Virus record (IMG/VR): IMGVR_UViG_3300037851_001501 | Coordinates: 1 to 46,389 of that record | Source of the DNA: a virus | Lineage: Duplodnaviria > Caudoviricetes | Length of the DNA stretch: 46,389 nt | Strand: one strand, 5' to 3' | Shown: positions 25,465-34,867 of the stretch, in pieces | Layout of the letters: the number at the start of each line of letters is the position of its first letter | How positions within the stretch are numbered: the first letter of the stretch is position 1 | Notes under the pieces: generated by a model | The model's input: the letters and a program-made list of their open reading frames with translations, nothing else | What the model was told of the DNA's origin: nothing | The model's database searches: none | Made by a program: the position numbers and the translations under genes

Positions 25465-27756
25465 ATGACGATCAGCGAAAATATCATTCTGACGGCGCGG
25501 AACGATACGCGGACGGCCTTCCGGGAGATGGAGCAGGATGCGCGGAGGGCGACGGAGCAAATATCGAAATTCGATATGAGCGGCAACCAGGCTTTTGCGG
25601 GCGGGCTGAACCGGGGCAGTACGAGCCTGCGCCAGTTCGGAGATATGCTCGTTTCGGCGGCGGATAAGGCGGGTCTGGGGACTGCCCAGATTCGCAAGAT
25701 GGCCGATGCGACGGGCATTTTCAGCGATGAGCAGTTGTGGGCGGCGACTTCGGCAGGATTGATGCAGTCGAAGGCTTCACAACTGGCCCAGGCGGTGGCG
25801 GATGGGTCTTTGACGACAAGAGAGGCGGGGGCGGCGTTCCGGCAGTATGCGAATGCGCATGTGACGTCGGTGGGAGCGGTTGACCAGTTGAAGGGGTCGG
25901 TGGGCGCTTTGTGGGGGACCATCGGGGGGATGGTGACGAGCGGGCTGCTATTGGCGGCAGGGCAGAAGATCATCCAGTTTGGGAAAGACAGCCTGGCAGC
26001 GGCGGACGACGCGGCAAGAACACAGGCGCAGCTCAACGCGGTGATTCGCTCAACCGGTGGGGCGGCGGGAGTGACGGCGGAGGGGGTGAATGCGCTTGCG
26101 GGGGCGCTTTCGGGCCTGACGGGGGTGGACGACGATCTCATCATCCAAAATGAGGCGTTGATGTTGACGTTTAAGAATGTGGGGGAGGATGTGTTCTCGC
26201 GTGCGAACCAGGCGGCGCTGGATATGAGCGCGGTGATGAAGCAGGATTTGCAGAGCAGTGTGATTCAGGTAGGCAAGGCGCTCAATGAACCGGTGGAGGG
26301 AGCAGGGGCGCTGCGACGGGTGGGAGTGCAGCTCACCGATCAGCAGGAGGAGATGATCGAGGCTTTCGTGAAGTCTGGGGATGTCCTTTCAGCGCAGAAG
26401 GTGATCCTAGAAGAACTAGAATCGGAATTCGGCGGGGCGGCTGAGGCGATGCATAATGCAGGCGGTGGGGCGGATGCGTTGGCGGTTTCGGTAGGCAATT
26501 TGAAGGAGGCATTCGGGGCTGATTTGATGCCGGCGGTGAAGGAGGCAAGGGGGGAGCTGGAAGACTGGGTGGATGGCCTCACGGGGGCGATCTCGGCAGA
26601 GACGGCATTGAAGGCTGCGGAGGAGGAGGGGATCATTACCTGGCGGGAGGCGCAGGAGCAACTGAATAGGATGATGATGACATCTTATTCGGCAGGGGAT
26701 GTTATGGCGTGGCTGGCGGAGAGGGAGGGGGAGGTCTATGGGGCGGAACGGGCATTGGGGGATACGCGGCGGGAGGGGATCGAGTTGTTGAGGGGGTATG
26801 CGGCGACGGTGGCAGAGGCGGAGGAGGCGCAGCGGAGGTGGGACGAAGCGCTGCGGGCGTCCGGCGGTGGGACGATGCAGGCATACCAAGCCATGGAGCG
26901 ATATTCTGCGGAGCTGGCGCTGGCGGATGAGGCGTTGGGGCGGATGGGGCAACGGGCGATGGAGGCGTACCGGGCGATGGAGCGGTTTAGCGCGGCGGGG
27001 GCGCTGGCGGCGGAGCAACGCGAGAAGATCGGCAGCCTTTTGGATATGTTGGATCGGGATGTAGGTTCGCCGATCGGGGGTTTCATCAAGGATTTGGAGT
27101 GGTTGCAGGCGGGCGGGTGGCGGATCAATGCGGCGTTCGAGGCGTTGAAGGCGGGACTGGCGAGCGGGGAGATTTCACCGGCGGAGGCGCAGAGCTTTGC
27201 GGCGCCGTTGTTCGTGGCGGCGCAGGATTTGCAGGTTGAGCTGGATATGATTAGCGGGGAGGAGGCGGAAAAGAATTTGATGGCTACGTTGGGGGTGTCG
27301 CTGACGACGGCGAAGACGATGATCGAGGGGACGGACGGGATTTCTGGGGCGCTGGACCGGATCACGGGGACGGAGTATGTGTTGAATTTCCGGTTCAATT
27401 ACCAGGGGGCGTTGCCGGAGGGGTTTGGGATCGGCGGTGGTCTGCCGCCATCCACGACGCTGCCGTCAGGGGGAGGGGGAGGAGGGGGACGGATCAACCC
27501 CGGGTTGTTGGGTGGGGGGATGGAGACGATGATTCCGCCTGGGGAAGCAGGTGCGGCGGTGCGCACGCCGACCGGCGGGCCGGCAGGGGCGACGCTGCTG
27601 CTGGCAGGCGAGGGCGGCGGCGGAGGGGATATGTATGTGGAGCAGACGATCATTGCCATGCCGGGGATGGATGTTGAGGCTCTTGCGGCGGAGAGTGTGG
27701 CGCGGTTGGATGCGGCGCGGCGGGCGTGGGCGGCGGGTGCGGGATATGTAGGGTAA
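25465..27756 (+). CDS. Tail tape measure protein
   Basis: 763 aa, Ala/Gly-rich and helical; IILTARND N-terminus; STGGAAG.TA...GVDDD...LLTF-like...GKALNEP..G..ALRRVG tape-measure core. Confidence 0.85.
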   Translation: MTISENIILTARNDTRTAFREMEQDARRATEQISKFDMSGNQAFAGGLNRGSTSLRQFGDMLVSAADKAGLGTAQIRKMADATGIFSDEQLWAATSAGLMQSKASQLAQAVADGSLTTREAGAAFRQYANAHVTSVGAVDQLKGSVGALWGTIGGMVTSGLLLAAGQKIIQFGKDSLAAADDAARTQAQLNAVIRSTGGAAGVTAEGVNALAGALSGLTGVDDDLIIQNEALMLTFKNVGEDVFSRANQAALDMSAVMKQDLQSSVIQVGKALNEPVEGAGALRRVGVQLTDQQEEMIEAFVKSGDVLSAQKVILEELESEFGGAAEAMHNAGGGADALAVSVGNLKEAFGADLMPAVKEARGELEDWVDGLTGAISAETALKAAEEEGIITWREAQEQLNRMMMTSYSAGDVMAWLAEREGEVYGAERALGDTRREGIELLRGYAATVAEAEEAQRRWDEALRASGGGTMQAYQAMERYSAELALADEALGRMGQRAMEAYRAMERFSAAGALAAEQREKIGSLLDMLDRDVGSPIGGFIKDLEWLQAGGWRINAAFEALKAGLASGEISPAEAQSFAAPLFVAAQDLQVELDMISGEEAEKNLMATLGVSLTTAKTMIEGTDGISGALDRITGTEYVLNFRFNYQGALPEGFGIGGGLPPSTTLPSGGGGGGGRINPGLLGGGMETMIPPGEAGAAVRTPTGGPAGATLLLAGEGGGGGDMYVEQTIIAMPGMDVEALAAESVARLDAARRAWAAGAGYVG

Positions 27757-27783
27757 GCTCCGCTAATGACGCTTAGCGGAGCT
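27756..27783. repeat. Perfect 11-6-11 palindromic site AGCTCCGCTAA-TGACGC-TTAGCGGAGCT (best of at least 11 dispersed copies)
   Basis: Related copies at 1131-1158, 7921-7948, 16427-16454, 18030-18057, 22490-22517, 25182-25209, 31593-31620, 38107-38134, 40938-40965, 45207-45234. Confidence 0.9.
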
Positions 27784-27792
27784 ACGGGGGGG

Positions 27793-27820
27793 TTGACATT
27801 GGGGGATTTGAGGGTATGAT
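27793..27820 (+). promoter_or_regulatory. Sigma70-type promoter upstream of the capsid gene
   Basis: TTGACA-N16-TATGAT; shares TTGACATTGGG with the promoter at 18065. Confidence 0.7.
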
Positions 27821-27852
27821 GTGGGTAGCAAGAGGCGTGAAACGGTCGAGAC

Positions 27853-27889
27853 ACGGCTCACCTGGCAACAGGTGGGCCGTTTTTTATTT
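27853..27889 (+). terminator. Intrinsic terminator in the capsid leader
   Basis: 12-bp stem ACGGCTCACCTG/CAGGTGGGCCGT, GCAA loop, T tract. Confidence 0.75.
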
Positions 27890-27931
27890 CGGCGAAGGAA
27901 GGGTTGCATGGTCAGAATACGAGAGGCGAAG

Positions 27932-30436
27932 ATGGCAGAAGAACGCTCGCTGAACGATTTCCTGCGAATGGTGAGCGATGAATTCGAGAAGCAATTTTGC
28001 GGGAATCCGAACCCGAACGGTGAAGCGTATCACCGCTATGTGCTGGACACGTACAGCGATCACCTGGTGGCGCGGTGGGAAGATAAGAAGTATTTCTCTA
28101 TTCCGTTCACGGTGACGAATGGGGAGGTGATGTTCGCGGCGGCGGATCAGTGGACGCAGGTCGAGCGAGCTTATGTGGCGGTGAGCGAGGCGGTGAGGCT
28201 GCTGGCGTCGAGGAAGGCGGCGGAGGGGGAGCCGGAGGGGCGCGAGTGGGAGGTGGTCATTATCGGGCCGGACGGGGCGGGGGACCTGGTGAGCGAGGGG
28301 GGGAAGACGTACATCCGCAGCAAGAACGGGCGGTTGTATGACGCGGCGGCGCTGGAGGCTTCGGTGCCGCTGTGGGACGGGGTGAAGGTGTACGATAATC
28401 ACCTGACAGACGCGGAGATGCTGGCAAAACAGGGGATGCGATCGGTGGTGAACGAGTGGGTGGGAGTGATCGTGCAGCCGGCGTGGGACGCGACGCGCAA
28501 GGCTGTGACGGGGGTGCTGAAGCTGGTGGACGATGCGTTGCGCGTCAAGCTGGTGAACGCGGAGAAGGCAGGGGTGCTGGGGACTATCGGTTTGAGTATT
28601 GATGCGTTGGGGGAGAGCAGGGAGGCAAGGGTGGCCGGCGATAAGGCACCGGTAATCACGAAGATTTCAAAGGCATTAAGCGTTGACGTGGTGGCTGATC
28701 CCGCAGCGGGAGGCCGTCTCGCGCGCATGTTGGCGGGAAGTGGCCCGCTGCAAGATTTCAATCGGCAAATGGAGGTCGAGATGGATCCTGAAGAGTTGAA
28801 GAAGTTATTGGAAACGCTGCTGGCCGCCAGCGTTGCGGGGTTGGAAGATCGGTTGAAAGTGATCGAAACCCGCATTGCGGAGATGGCCGCGCAGGTGGAT
28901 GGCGGGCAACCGTCTTCCGAGGAGGGCATACCGGAGGAAGTGCAAAAGGCGCTGGACGAGGCGCGGCGCCTGGTGGCGGAGGCTGAGCAGAAGGCGAAGC
29001 TGAGCGAGTGTACGGCGCTGCTGAGCGCGAAGCTGCAGGGCTCTGGGCTGCCGGAATCGTACCGGGAGTTGGTGGCGAAGCAGTTCCGCGGGCAGGTGTT
29101 CGAGGAGGCGGCGCTGGATGCGGCGATCAAGGATCACCGAGAAGCGTTGCAGAAGATCTCGGAGAGCGGCCAGGTGGTTCTGCCGGCAGGGGCGGCGCGG
29201 ATCAGCGTGAGCGCTCTGAGTGAGTTGGACCGCTACGAGCTGGCGTTCATGCGTCTGGTGGCTGGGGCAACGCGCTTCAACGAGATGGCGACGAAGGAGA
29301 ATGCTGCGAAGCATGAACTGGGGGCGTTGTCTCGCTTTGTGGAGGCTGGGAAGCCTGCGCTGCCGCGTATATTGCGCCTGAGCGAGTGGTACTACCAGTT
29401 CACGGAAGATTACGATGCGGTGGGCGTGATGCGCAACCCGCGCCTGCGTGAGGCGAACGTGACCAGCACGGCGTTGGCGAGCATCGTGAAGAACACGGTC
29501 AACATCCTGATGGCGAATGATTACTCGCAGCGCGATCAGTGGTGGGCGCCGGTGGTGCGACAGGAGGATGTGGATACGTTGGACCAGGCGACTCTGGTGC
29601 GCGTCTATGGCATCTCGAACCTGGCGACGATCGCAGAGGGCGATGCGTATGTGGAGACGAGTTGGTCAGACGAGGAGGAGACGGCTACCTGGGTGAAGCG
29701 AGGCAACTACCTGGGCGTGTCGCTGGAAACCTTCCTGCTGGACAAGATCAACGTGCTGCGCAGCCTGCCGACACGCCTGGCGAATGCCTGGTACAACACG
29801 GTCTCGGCGCTGGTGGCAGGCGTGTTCACGGTGAACTCGGCGTCTGGGCCGGTTCTGGCAGATACCGGGGCGCTTTTCAATGCGACTGCGCTGACCTCCG
29901 CGGGCGGGCATGCGAACCTGGGCACCACGGCGCTGTCGTACGCGAGCTTCATTGCGGCACGGACGGCGATGATGAAGCAGACGGATCAGCCGCTAGGCGT
30001 GGGCCGGCGTCTGGGCATTCGCCCGCGCTATCTGATGGTGCCGGCGGATTTGATCGCGACTGCGGAGCAGATCCGCGACAGCGAGTTGGTGCCGAGCCAA
30101 ATCGGCGGCGGCGAAACGACATCGCCGGGATCGGAATACCAGACGAAAAACGCGGTGCGCGGGCAGTTCGACATCGTGCACGTGCCGGACTGGACGGACG
30201 TGAACAACTGGGCAGCGGTGGGCGATCCGGCGCAGTTCCCGGCGATCTGGCTGATCTGGCTGCGCGGCCGGCGCACGCCGGAGTTGTTCTCGGCCGAGGA
30301 CGAGCAGAACGGGGCGATGTTTACGAACGACGAGCTACGCTTCAAGGTGCGCCAGTACGGCTTCCGCTTCAGCAGCACCTATGACTGCGCACCGGTGAGC
30401 GACTTCCGGGCGCTGTACAAGGCGAACGTAGTGTAA
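27932..30436 (+). CDS. Fused prohead protease-scaffold-major capsid protein (Mu gpT-like capsid)
   Basis: Protease motifs (YDNH, IGLSI, SVDVVADPAAGG), coiled-coil scaffold, capsid P.YLMVPADL; start at ATG 27932 after GAGAGG. Confidence 0.85.
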   Translation: MAEERSLNDFLRMVSDEFEKQFCGNPNPNGEAYHRYVLDTYSDHLVARWEDKKYFSIPFTVTNGEVMFAAADQWTQVERAYVAVSEAVRLLASRKAAEGEPEGREWEVVIIGPDGAGDLVSEGGKTYIRSKNGRLYDAAALEASVPLWDGVKVYDNHLTDAEMLAKQGMRSVVNEWVGVIVQPAWDATRKAVTGVLKLVDDALRVKLVNAEKAGVLGTIGLSIDALGESREARVAGDKAPVITKISKALSVDVVADPAAGGRLARMLAGSGPLQDFNRQMEVEMDPEELKKLLETLLAASVAGLEDRLKVIETRIAEMAAQVDGGQPSSEEGIPEEVQKALDEARRLVAEAEQKAKLSECTALLSAKLQGSGLPESYRELVAKQFRGQVFEEAALDAAIKDHREALQKISESGQVVLPAGAARISVSALSELDRYELAFMRLVAGATRFNEMATKENAAKHELGALSRFVEAGKPALPRILRLSEWYYQFTEDYDAVGVMRNPRLREANVTSTALASIVKNTVNILMANDYSQRDQWWAPVVRQEDVDTLDQATLVRVYGISNLATIAEGDAYVETSWSDEEETATWVKRGNYLGVSLETFLLDKINVLRSLPTRLANAWYNTVSALVAGVFTVNSASGPVLADTGALFNATALTSAGGHANLGTTALSYASFIAARTAMMKQTDQPLGVGRRLGIRPRYLMVPADLIATAEQIRDSELVPSQIGGGETTSPGSEYQTKNAVRGQFDIVHVPDWTDVNNWAAVGDPAQFPAIWLIWLRGRRTPELFSAEDEQNGAMFTNDELRFKVRQYGFRFSSTYDCAPVSDFRALYKANVV

Positions 30437-30519
30437 CCGTGGCGTTGATCGGATGAGGATTGATACCTGGCTTGCTCTCGCTCTATGAAGGGGAGCGAGC
30501 CAGGATGGAGGATGAGGCG

Positions 30520-31035
30520 ATGGGTTATGTACACGATACGAAGATGGCGCAATTTCTGCCGCCCGGGCTGGCGCATTTTGTGACCGGTACATGGTCGGAT
30601 GCGGCGGGGCAGGTGAGCGGCACGATCGTTAAGAAGAAGGCGGCGGCGGACGAAACGGCGACGCTGACCATTCCGATCAAGCTGCTGTCCAACGGGGACG
30701 GGTACAAGGGCTGCTACCTTAAGTCGGTGGAGGTGTACTTTGAGGTGCTGACGGCGGCGCTGGATGCGCTGTCGGCGCTGGTGCACCGGGTGACGCTGCC
30801 GGCAGATGGGGCGGCAATCGGGACGGTGGAGTCGTTGACGTTCACCTACGACACGGGACACGATACGGCCGCGGAACGCATTGACGTAGATCAGCACACG
30901 ATGACGCTGACGCTGGCTACGCCGGTGTGGCTGGACAACGATGATGTGATCCAGGTGCAGTTGAGCATCAATGCGGCGGCGACGAGCGTGTTCGACTACA
31001 TCGGGGCGCGGGCGAACTTCGATCTGAGGCTGTGA
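30520..31035 (+). CDS. Putative head decoration/structural protein
   Basis: Beta-rich; follows the capsid gene. Confidence 0.55.
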   Translation: MGYVHDTKMAQFLPPGLAHFVTGTWSDAAGQVSGTIVKKKAAADETATLTIPIKLLSNGDGYKGCYLKSVEVYFEVLTAALDALSALVHRVTLPADGAAIGTVESLTFTYDTGHDTAAERIDVDQHTMTLTLATPVWLDNDDVIQVQLSINAAATSVFDYIGARANFDLRL

Positions 31036-31036
31036 G

Positions 31037-31273
31037 ATGAACGAGCAAGATGTGCTGGCGACAGTAGGAGCGCCCGAGGGCGGGGTTCTGCTGAAATGGA
31101 AGCATGAGCTCGAGCCGGACGGTTCGGCGTTCATCGTGGCACTGGTGGATTACGGGATCGGGGGGGTGAAGAAGTTCCGCGAGCCGAAGCCGGATGATGC
31201 CGGGGAGACGGCGGAACAAGCTCCGCCGGAGGGAGCCAAGCCGAAGCCGACGAAGGCGGCGGGTAAGAGGTAG
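31037..31273 (+). CDS. Small hypothetical virion-region protein
   Basis: Lys/Pro-rich tail; operon position. Confidence 0.55.
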   Translation: MNEQDVLATVGAPEGGVLLKWKHELEPDGSAFIVALVDYGIGGVKKFREPKPDDAGETAEQAPPEGAKPKPTKAAGKR

Positions 31274-31291
31274 GACAGATGCAGGGCAGCG

Positions 31292-31603
31292 ATGAGCCGC
31301 CCTCTCGCGATTCAGGAGGTTGTGATGATCGGACCGGTGCAATCGGTGGTGCTGTCGAGCAGCGCGGCGGTGAAAGGCGGGCCGGGGGTGGTGTATGGGC
31401 TGATCTTGACGGCTGGGGCGGATGCGGCGAGCGTGGTGCTATACGACAACACGAGCGGGGCGACGCCGAAGTTGATTGGGACGGTGAAGGCGGCGATCAA
31501 CACTTCGGTGGAGGTGAGCTTTCCGAACGGGGTGGCGTTTGGGACGGGTTGCTATGCGACGATCACGGGAACGACGCCGGATGTTACGGTGCTGTACAGC
31601 TAA
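31292..31603 (+). CDS. Small beta-rich structural protein
   Basis: LYDNTS...FPNGVAFGTG..AT pattern; stop codon forms the TAA of a palindromic site. Confidence 0.65.
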   Translation: MSRPLAIQEVVMIGPVQSVVLSSSAAVKGGPGVVYGLILTAGADAASVVLYDNTSGATPKLIGTVKAAINTSVEVSFPNGVAFGTGCYATITGTTPDVTVLYS

Positions 31604-31639
31604 TCCGCATTAGCGGAGCTATACGAGAGGCAGGCAGCA

Positions 31640-32092
31640 ATGGCAGGATGGACGAATCGTGGTAAGTACGATTGCCTGGCGCAGTGGGCGCGAGCTACGA
31701 GCCCGGCGACGGCTTTCTATATGGCGCTGGTGAAGTCTACGCCGACTGCGGATACGAATGTGCTGGGCGATCTGACGGAGATCGCGGCGGGGAACGGGTA
31801 TACGTCTGGCGGAACTTCGCTTGCGCGCAACAGCACGGACTTCGACGTGCTGACCGAGGATGATACTAACGATTATGCGTTGGTGCAGGTAAAGGACATC
31901 GTGTGGACGGCTTCCGGGGGTGCGTTGCCGAGCGACAGCGTGGGGGCGACGTACGCGGTGATTACCGACGATAACGGGACGGTTGGCAGCCGGGATGTGT
32001 ACCACTACGGGTCGCTGGGCGGGGCGCGGGTGGTATCCAGCGGGCAGACGCTGACCATACAGAATTTCGAGATTCGGATTACGGAAAGTTAA
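31640..32092 (+). CDS. Structural protein (phage tail-fibre-associated type)
   Basis: FYMALV...TEI...GYTSGG...DIVWTASGG...GQTLTI. Confidence 0.7.
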   Translation: MAGWTNRGKYDCLAQWARATSPATAFYMALVKSTPTADTNVLGDLTEIAAGNGYTSGGTSLARNSTDFDVLTEDDTNDYALVQVKDIVWTASGGALPSDSVGATYAVITDDNGTVGSRDVYHYGSLGGARVVSSGQTLTIQNFEIRITES

Positions 32093-32150
32093 TCAGCTCT
32101 ACACCATCCCTTCAAACGCATGGCGATGGCGGAGCAGGAAGGATGGAGCG

Positions 32151-32564
32151 ATGTACGACATTATGAGCCTGGTGACGAGAGAGGAGCGCCCAGGGCAGGG
32201 TATTGCCTGGTACGCGGTGTCGCCGGAGGAGGCGTATCCGGCGACGATTGCGCGGATCAGGGAGGTGCTGGTCAGCGGGGAGATTCCGCAGGAGCTGGTA
32301 GAGGATTATGCGGCGCTGGACGTGGACCCGAGAGGGGTGGCGCGGCAATACCTGGGCGAGGCGCGGGCAGTGCCGGAGGCGGGCTGGAAGCTGGCGCTGC
32401 AGGAGCGCCAGGGTTTCGACGATACGCGGCAGGAGATGGAGCTGGCGGCGCGGCGGCAGGCGTTGGAGACGGCGCGGCGCTGGTTCACGCAGGCGCTGCA
32501 TGTGGCAACTGGCGGCGCGGCGATGGGGGTGCACATTCTGAGGGATGTGCGGTTCAGGCTGTAG
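32151..32564 (+). CDS. Hypothetical protein
   Basis: GGAG RBS; coding-like composition. Confidence 0.55.
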   Translation: MYDIMSLVTREERPGQGIAWYAVSPEEAYPATIARIREVLVSGEIPQELVEDYAALDVDPRGVARQYLGEARAVPEAGWKLALQERQGFDDTRQEMELAARRQALETARRWFTQALHVATGGAAMGVHILRDVRFRL

Positions 32565-32640
32565 GGTGTTTACGTGTCAGTCACGAGTTCACGCGATTAA
32601 GTGTAGGGTGGCTGGCAATGGATTTAGGAACGGAGTGTAG

Positions 32641-34536
32641 GTGGCGAAGTTGTTGAAGGCGGTGAGCCTGTTGGATGCGACGGCGCAGACGCGGGCGAAC
32701 ACGTCCTATGCGGTGCCCAGCTATAGTATGCCGTGGTTATACACTGCGGCAAACTATGACCCTGCACCTGAGGTATACCTAGAAGTTGTGTTGAAAGTAA
32801 CTTCTGGATACACTGCTTATGCTGAGCTGTATGGGGGTGGGGCGAGCGTGAGCGGGAGCGAGGTGAGTACGACTTCGACGACGGAGGTGAGGCTGCGGTC
32901 GGGGAACATTGCGAGTGCATTGAGCAGCGGGACGGCATACCAGGTGCGGATCAAGTCTTCGAGCGCGAGCGGGACGGCGACGCTGAGCGCTGCGAGGCTG
33001 GTCATAATCCAGAACGGGACGATCGTCAAGACGGAGACGCTCATCACCTTGGGATCGAACAGCACGACGACGAGCGTTTCGTATGTGGATTGGACGAACG
33101 GGAAAATTTATCTGTGGGACGCTGACCATTGGGACGGGACGCTGGCGGTGTATTTCGAGGCGTTTTTGAGCGGCAGCGGGGCAGGGGTGACGGCGTATGC
33201 GCAGTTGGCGGCGGTGGGAGGGAGCGCGGTGAGCGGCTCGGAGGTGAGCCAGGGGGGGACGACGGATGCGCGGGTGAGGAGCGGGGCGATCAGTCTGACG
33301 GATGGGGTGGAGTATAAGGTGCAGTTTAAGACGTCTTCGGCGACGGCGCGGGTAAGGGGGGCGCGGCTGGTGATCGTGCAGACGGGGAGCCCGACGAAGA
33401 CGGAGAGTTATATTCCGCTGAACACGGCGGCGCGGGCGGTGAGCACGGAGACGGCGTTGAAGGCGCTGTTCCGCTGGGATGATGAGGATTGGTCGGTGGG
33501 GTCTTATAACGTGTATCTGGAGTCCACGCTGGCGGCGCCGTCTGCTCAGACTGCTTATGAGGATGCGAACGATGGGACGAACGACGACGCGACGGTCAGC
33601 TCGACGAATACTAGTAAGACGCGTCAGCGGTCGGGGGGGTGGAATCCGGACGATGACACTAATTACGACAGTCAGTTGAGGACTTCGAGCGGGACGGGTA
33701 CGTTTTACGGCAGCGATCTGATTGTGCAGGCGAATCTTCCCAGCGGGGTGACGGTAACGCCAGATGCGGCGGCGGCGAGTGGGGGGTTGGCTGCGCCGGC
33801 GGTGGTGTTGGGGTCGGTAACTATTGCGGCGGCGTTGGCGGAAGCCATCGGACTGTTGATTGACCCGACGGCGGTATTAGGGAGCGTTGCGGCGGCGGCG
33901 GGGGCAGCCAGCGCGCTGGGACGGGTGATTGACCCGACGGTAGGGATCAGCGGGGGTGGGGAGACGGTAACGCCGGCGGCGGCCAGCGCGTTGGGGCAAG
34001 CGATTGAGCCAACCAGCGTGCTGGGCAGCCTGGGGATCACGGCGGAGGCTGCGGCGGCAATTGGGCGGACGGTGGATCCTACAGCGGTATTGGGAAGCAT
34101 TGCGGCGGCGAATATGGTCGCGGCTGCCCTGGGCGGGGTGAGTGCGCCGGCGATCATCTTGGGCAGCCTGGGGATCACGGCGGAGGATGCGGCGGCGGTG
34201 GGGGAGGTGGTTGCTCCTGGGGTAACGCTGGGCAGTCTGATCGTTGCGCCAGATGCGGCGGGGGCGTTTGGGGTGAGTATTGCGCCGGCGGCAATCCTGG
34301 GGAGTATGGTTTTGACGCCGTGGGCGGCGGCAGTAGCGGTGGTGATTGATCCATCCACGTTGGTGAGCGTGGTGGTGATCCTGGCGCATGGGGTGGTGTA
34401 CGGTCCGATATTCAGTGGGGCTGTGGCCGGGGGAGGCGGGACGCAGGTGGTGATGGGACCGGAGTATGCGGGGGAGGGCGTGGGGACTGGGGCAGGGTAT
34501 GTAAGCGGGCCGGACGATGAGGGTGTATTGGAGTGA
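32641..34536 (+). CDS. Ser/Thr/Ala-rich fibre/adhesin-like virion protein with internal repeats
   Basis: Repeated domains (VY.E...TAYA.L..G..VSGSEVS) and ~25-aa A..G...P..LGS repeats in the C-terminal half. Confidence 0.6.
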   Translation: MAKLLKAVSLLDATAQTRANTSYAVPSYSMPWLYTAANYDPAPEVYLEVVLKVTSGYTAYAELYGGGASVSGSEVSTTSTTEVRLRSGNIASALSSGTAYQVRIKSSSASGTATLSAARLVIIQNGTIVKTETLITLGSNSTTTSVSYVDWTNGKIYLWDADHWDGTLAVYFEAFLSGSGAGVTAYAQLAAVGGSAVSGSEVSQGGTTDARVRSGAISLTDGVEYKVQFKTSSATARVRGARLVIVQTGSPTKTESYIPLNTAARAVSTETALKALFRWDDEDWSVGSYNVYLESTLAAPSAQTAYEDANDGTNDDATVSSTNTSKTRQRSGGWNPDDDTNYDSQLRTSSGTGTFYGSDLIVQANLPSGVTVTPDAAAASGGLAAPAVVLGSVTIAAALAEAIGLLIDPTAVLGSVAAAAGAASALGRVIDPTVGISGGGETVTPAAASALGQAIEPTSVLGSLGITAEAAAAIGRTVDPTAVLGSIAAANMVAAALGGVSAPAIILGSLGITAEDAAAVGEVVAPGVTLGSLIVAPDAAGAFGVSIAPAAILGSMVLTPWAAAVAVVIDPSTLVSVVVILAHGVVYGPIFSGAVAGGGGTQVVMGPEYAGEGVGTGAGYVSGPDDEGVLE

Positions 34537-34538
34537 TT

Positions 34539-34856
34539 ATGGCACTGGCAAAAGGCGTAGCGGGAGCGCGGCATAGCGCGCAGCAGATCACGTGGAAGAA
34601 GGACGATGGGGCGGCTTACGATCTGACCGGGGCGACGATCACGGCGCGCATTCGGGATAAGGTGAACGGGGAGACGAGGAACGCGGATGGTACGTTTGCG
34701 CTGGTGACGGCGGCAAGCGGTATTTTTAGTTGGAGCTATGGGGCGCTGGATGTGGCGCGGCCGGGGAAGTTCGAGGTGCAGTTTATCGCGTCTTACGGGG
34801 ACGGGAAGAGCGATAAGACGTACCTGGCGGATTGGGACGTGGAGCAGGGCTTGTAA
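34539..34856 (+). CDS. BppU-like baseplate/Ig-like protein
   Basis: YDLTGATI.ARI...G...Y.W-like...D..PG.FEVQF. Confidence 0.6.
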   Translation: MALAKGVAGARHSAQQITWKKDDGAAYDLTGATITARIRDKVNGETRNADGTFALVTAASGIFSWSYGALDVARPGKFEVQFIASYGDGKSDKTYLADWDVEQGL

Positions 34857-34867
34857 AGCGAGGCGAT

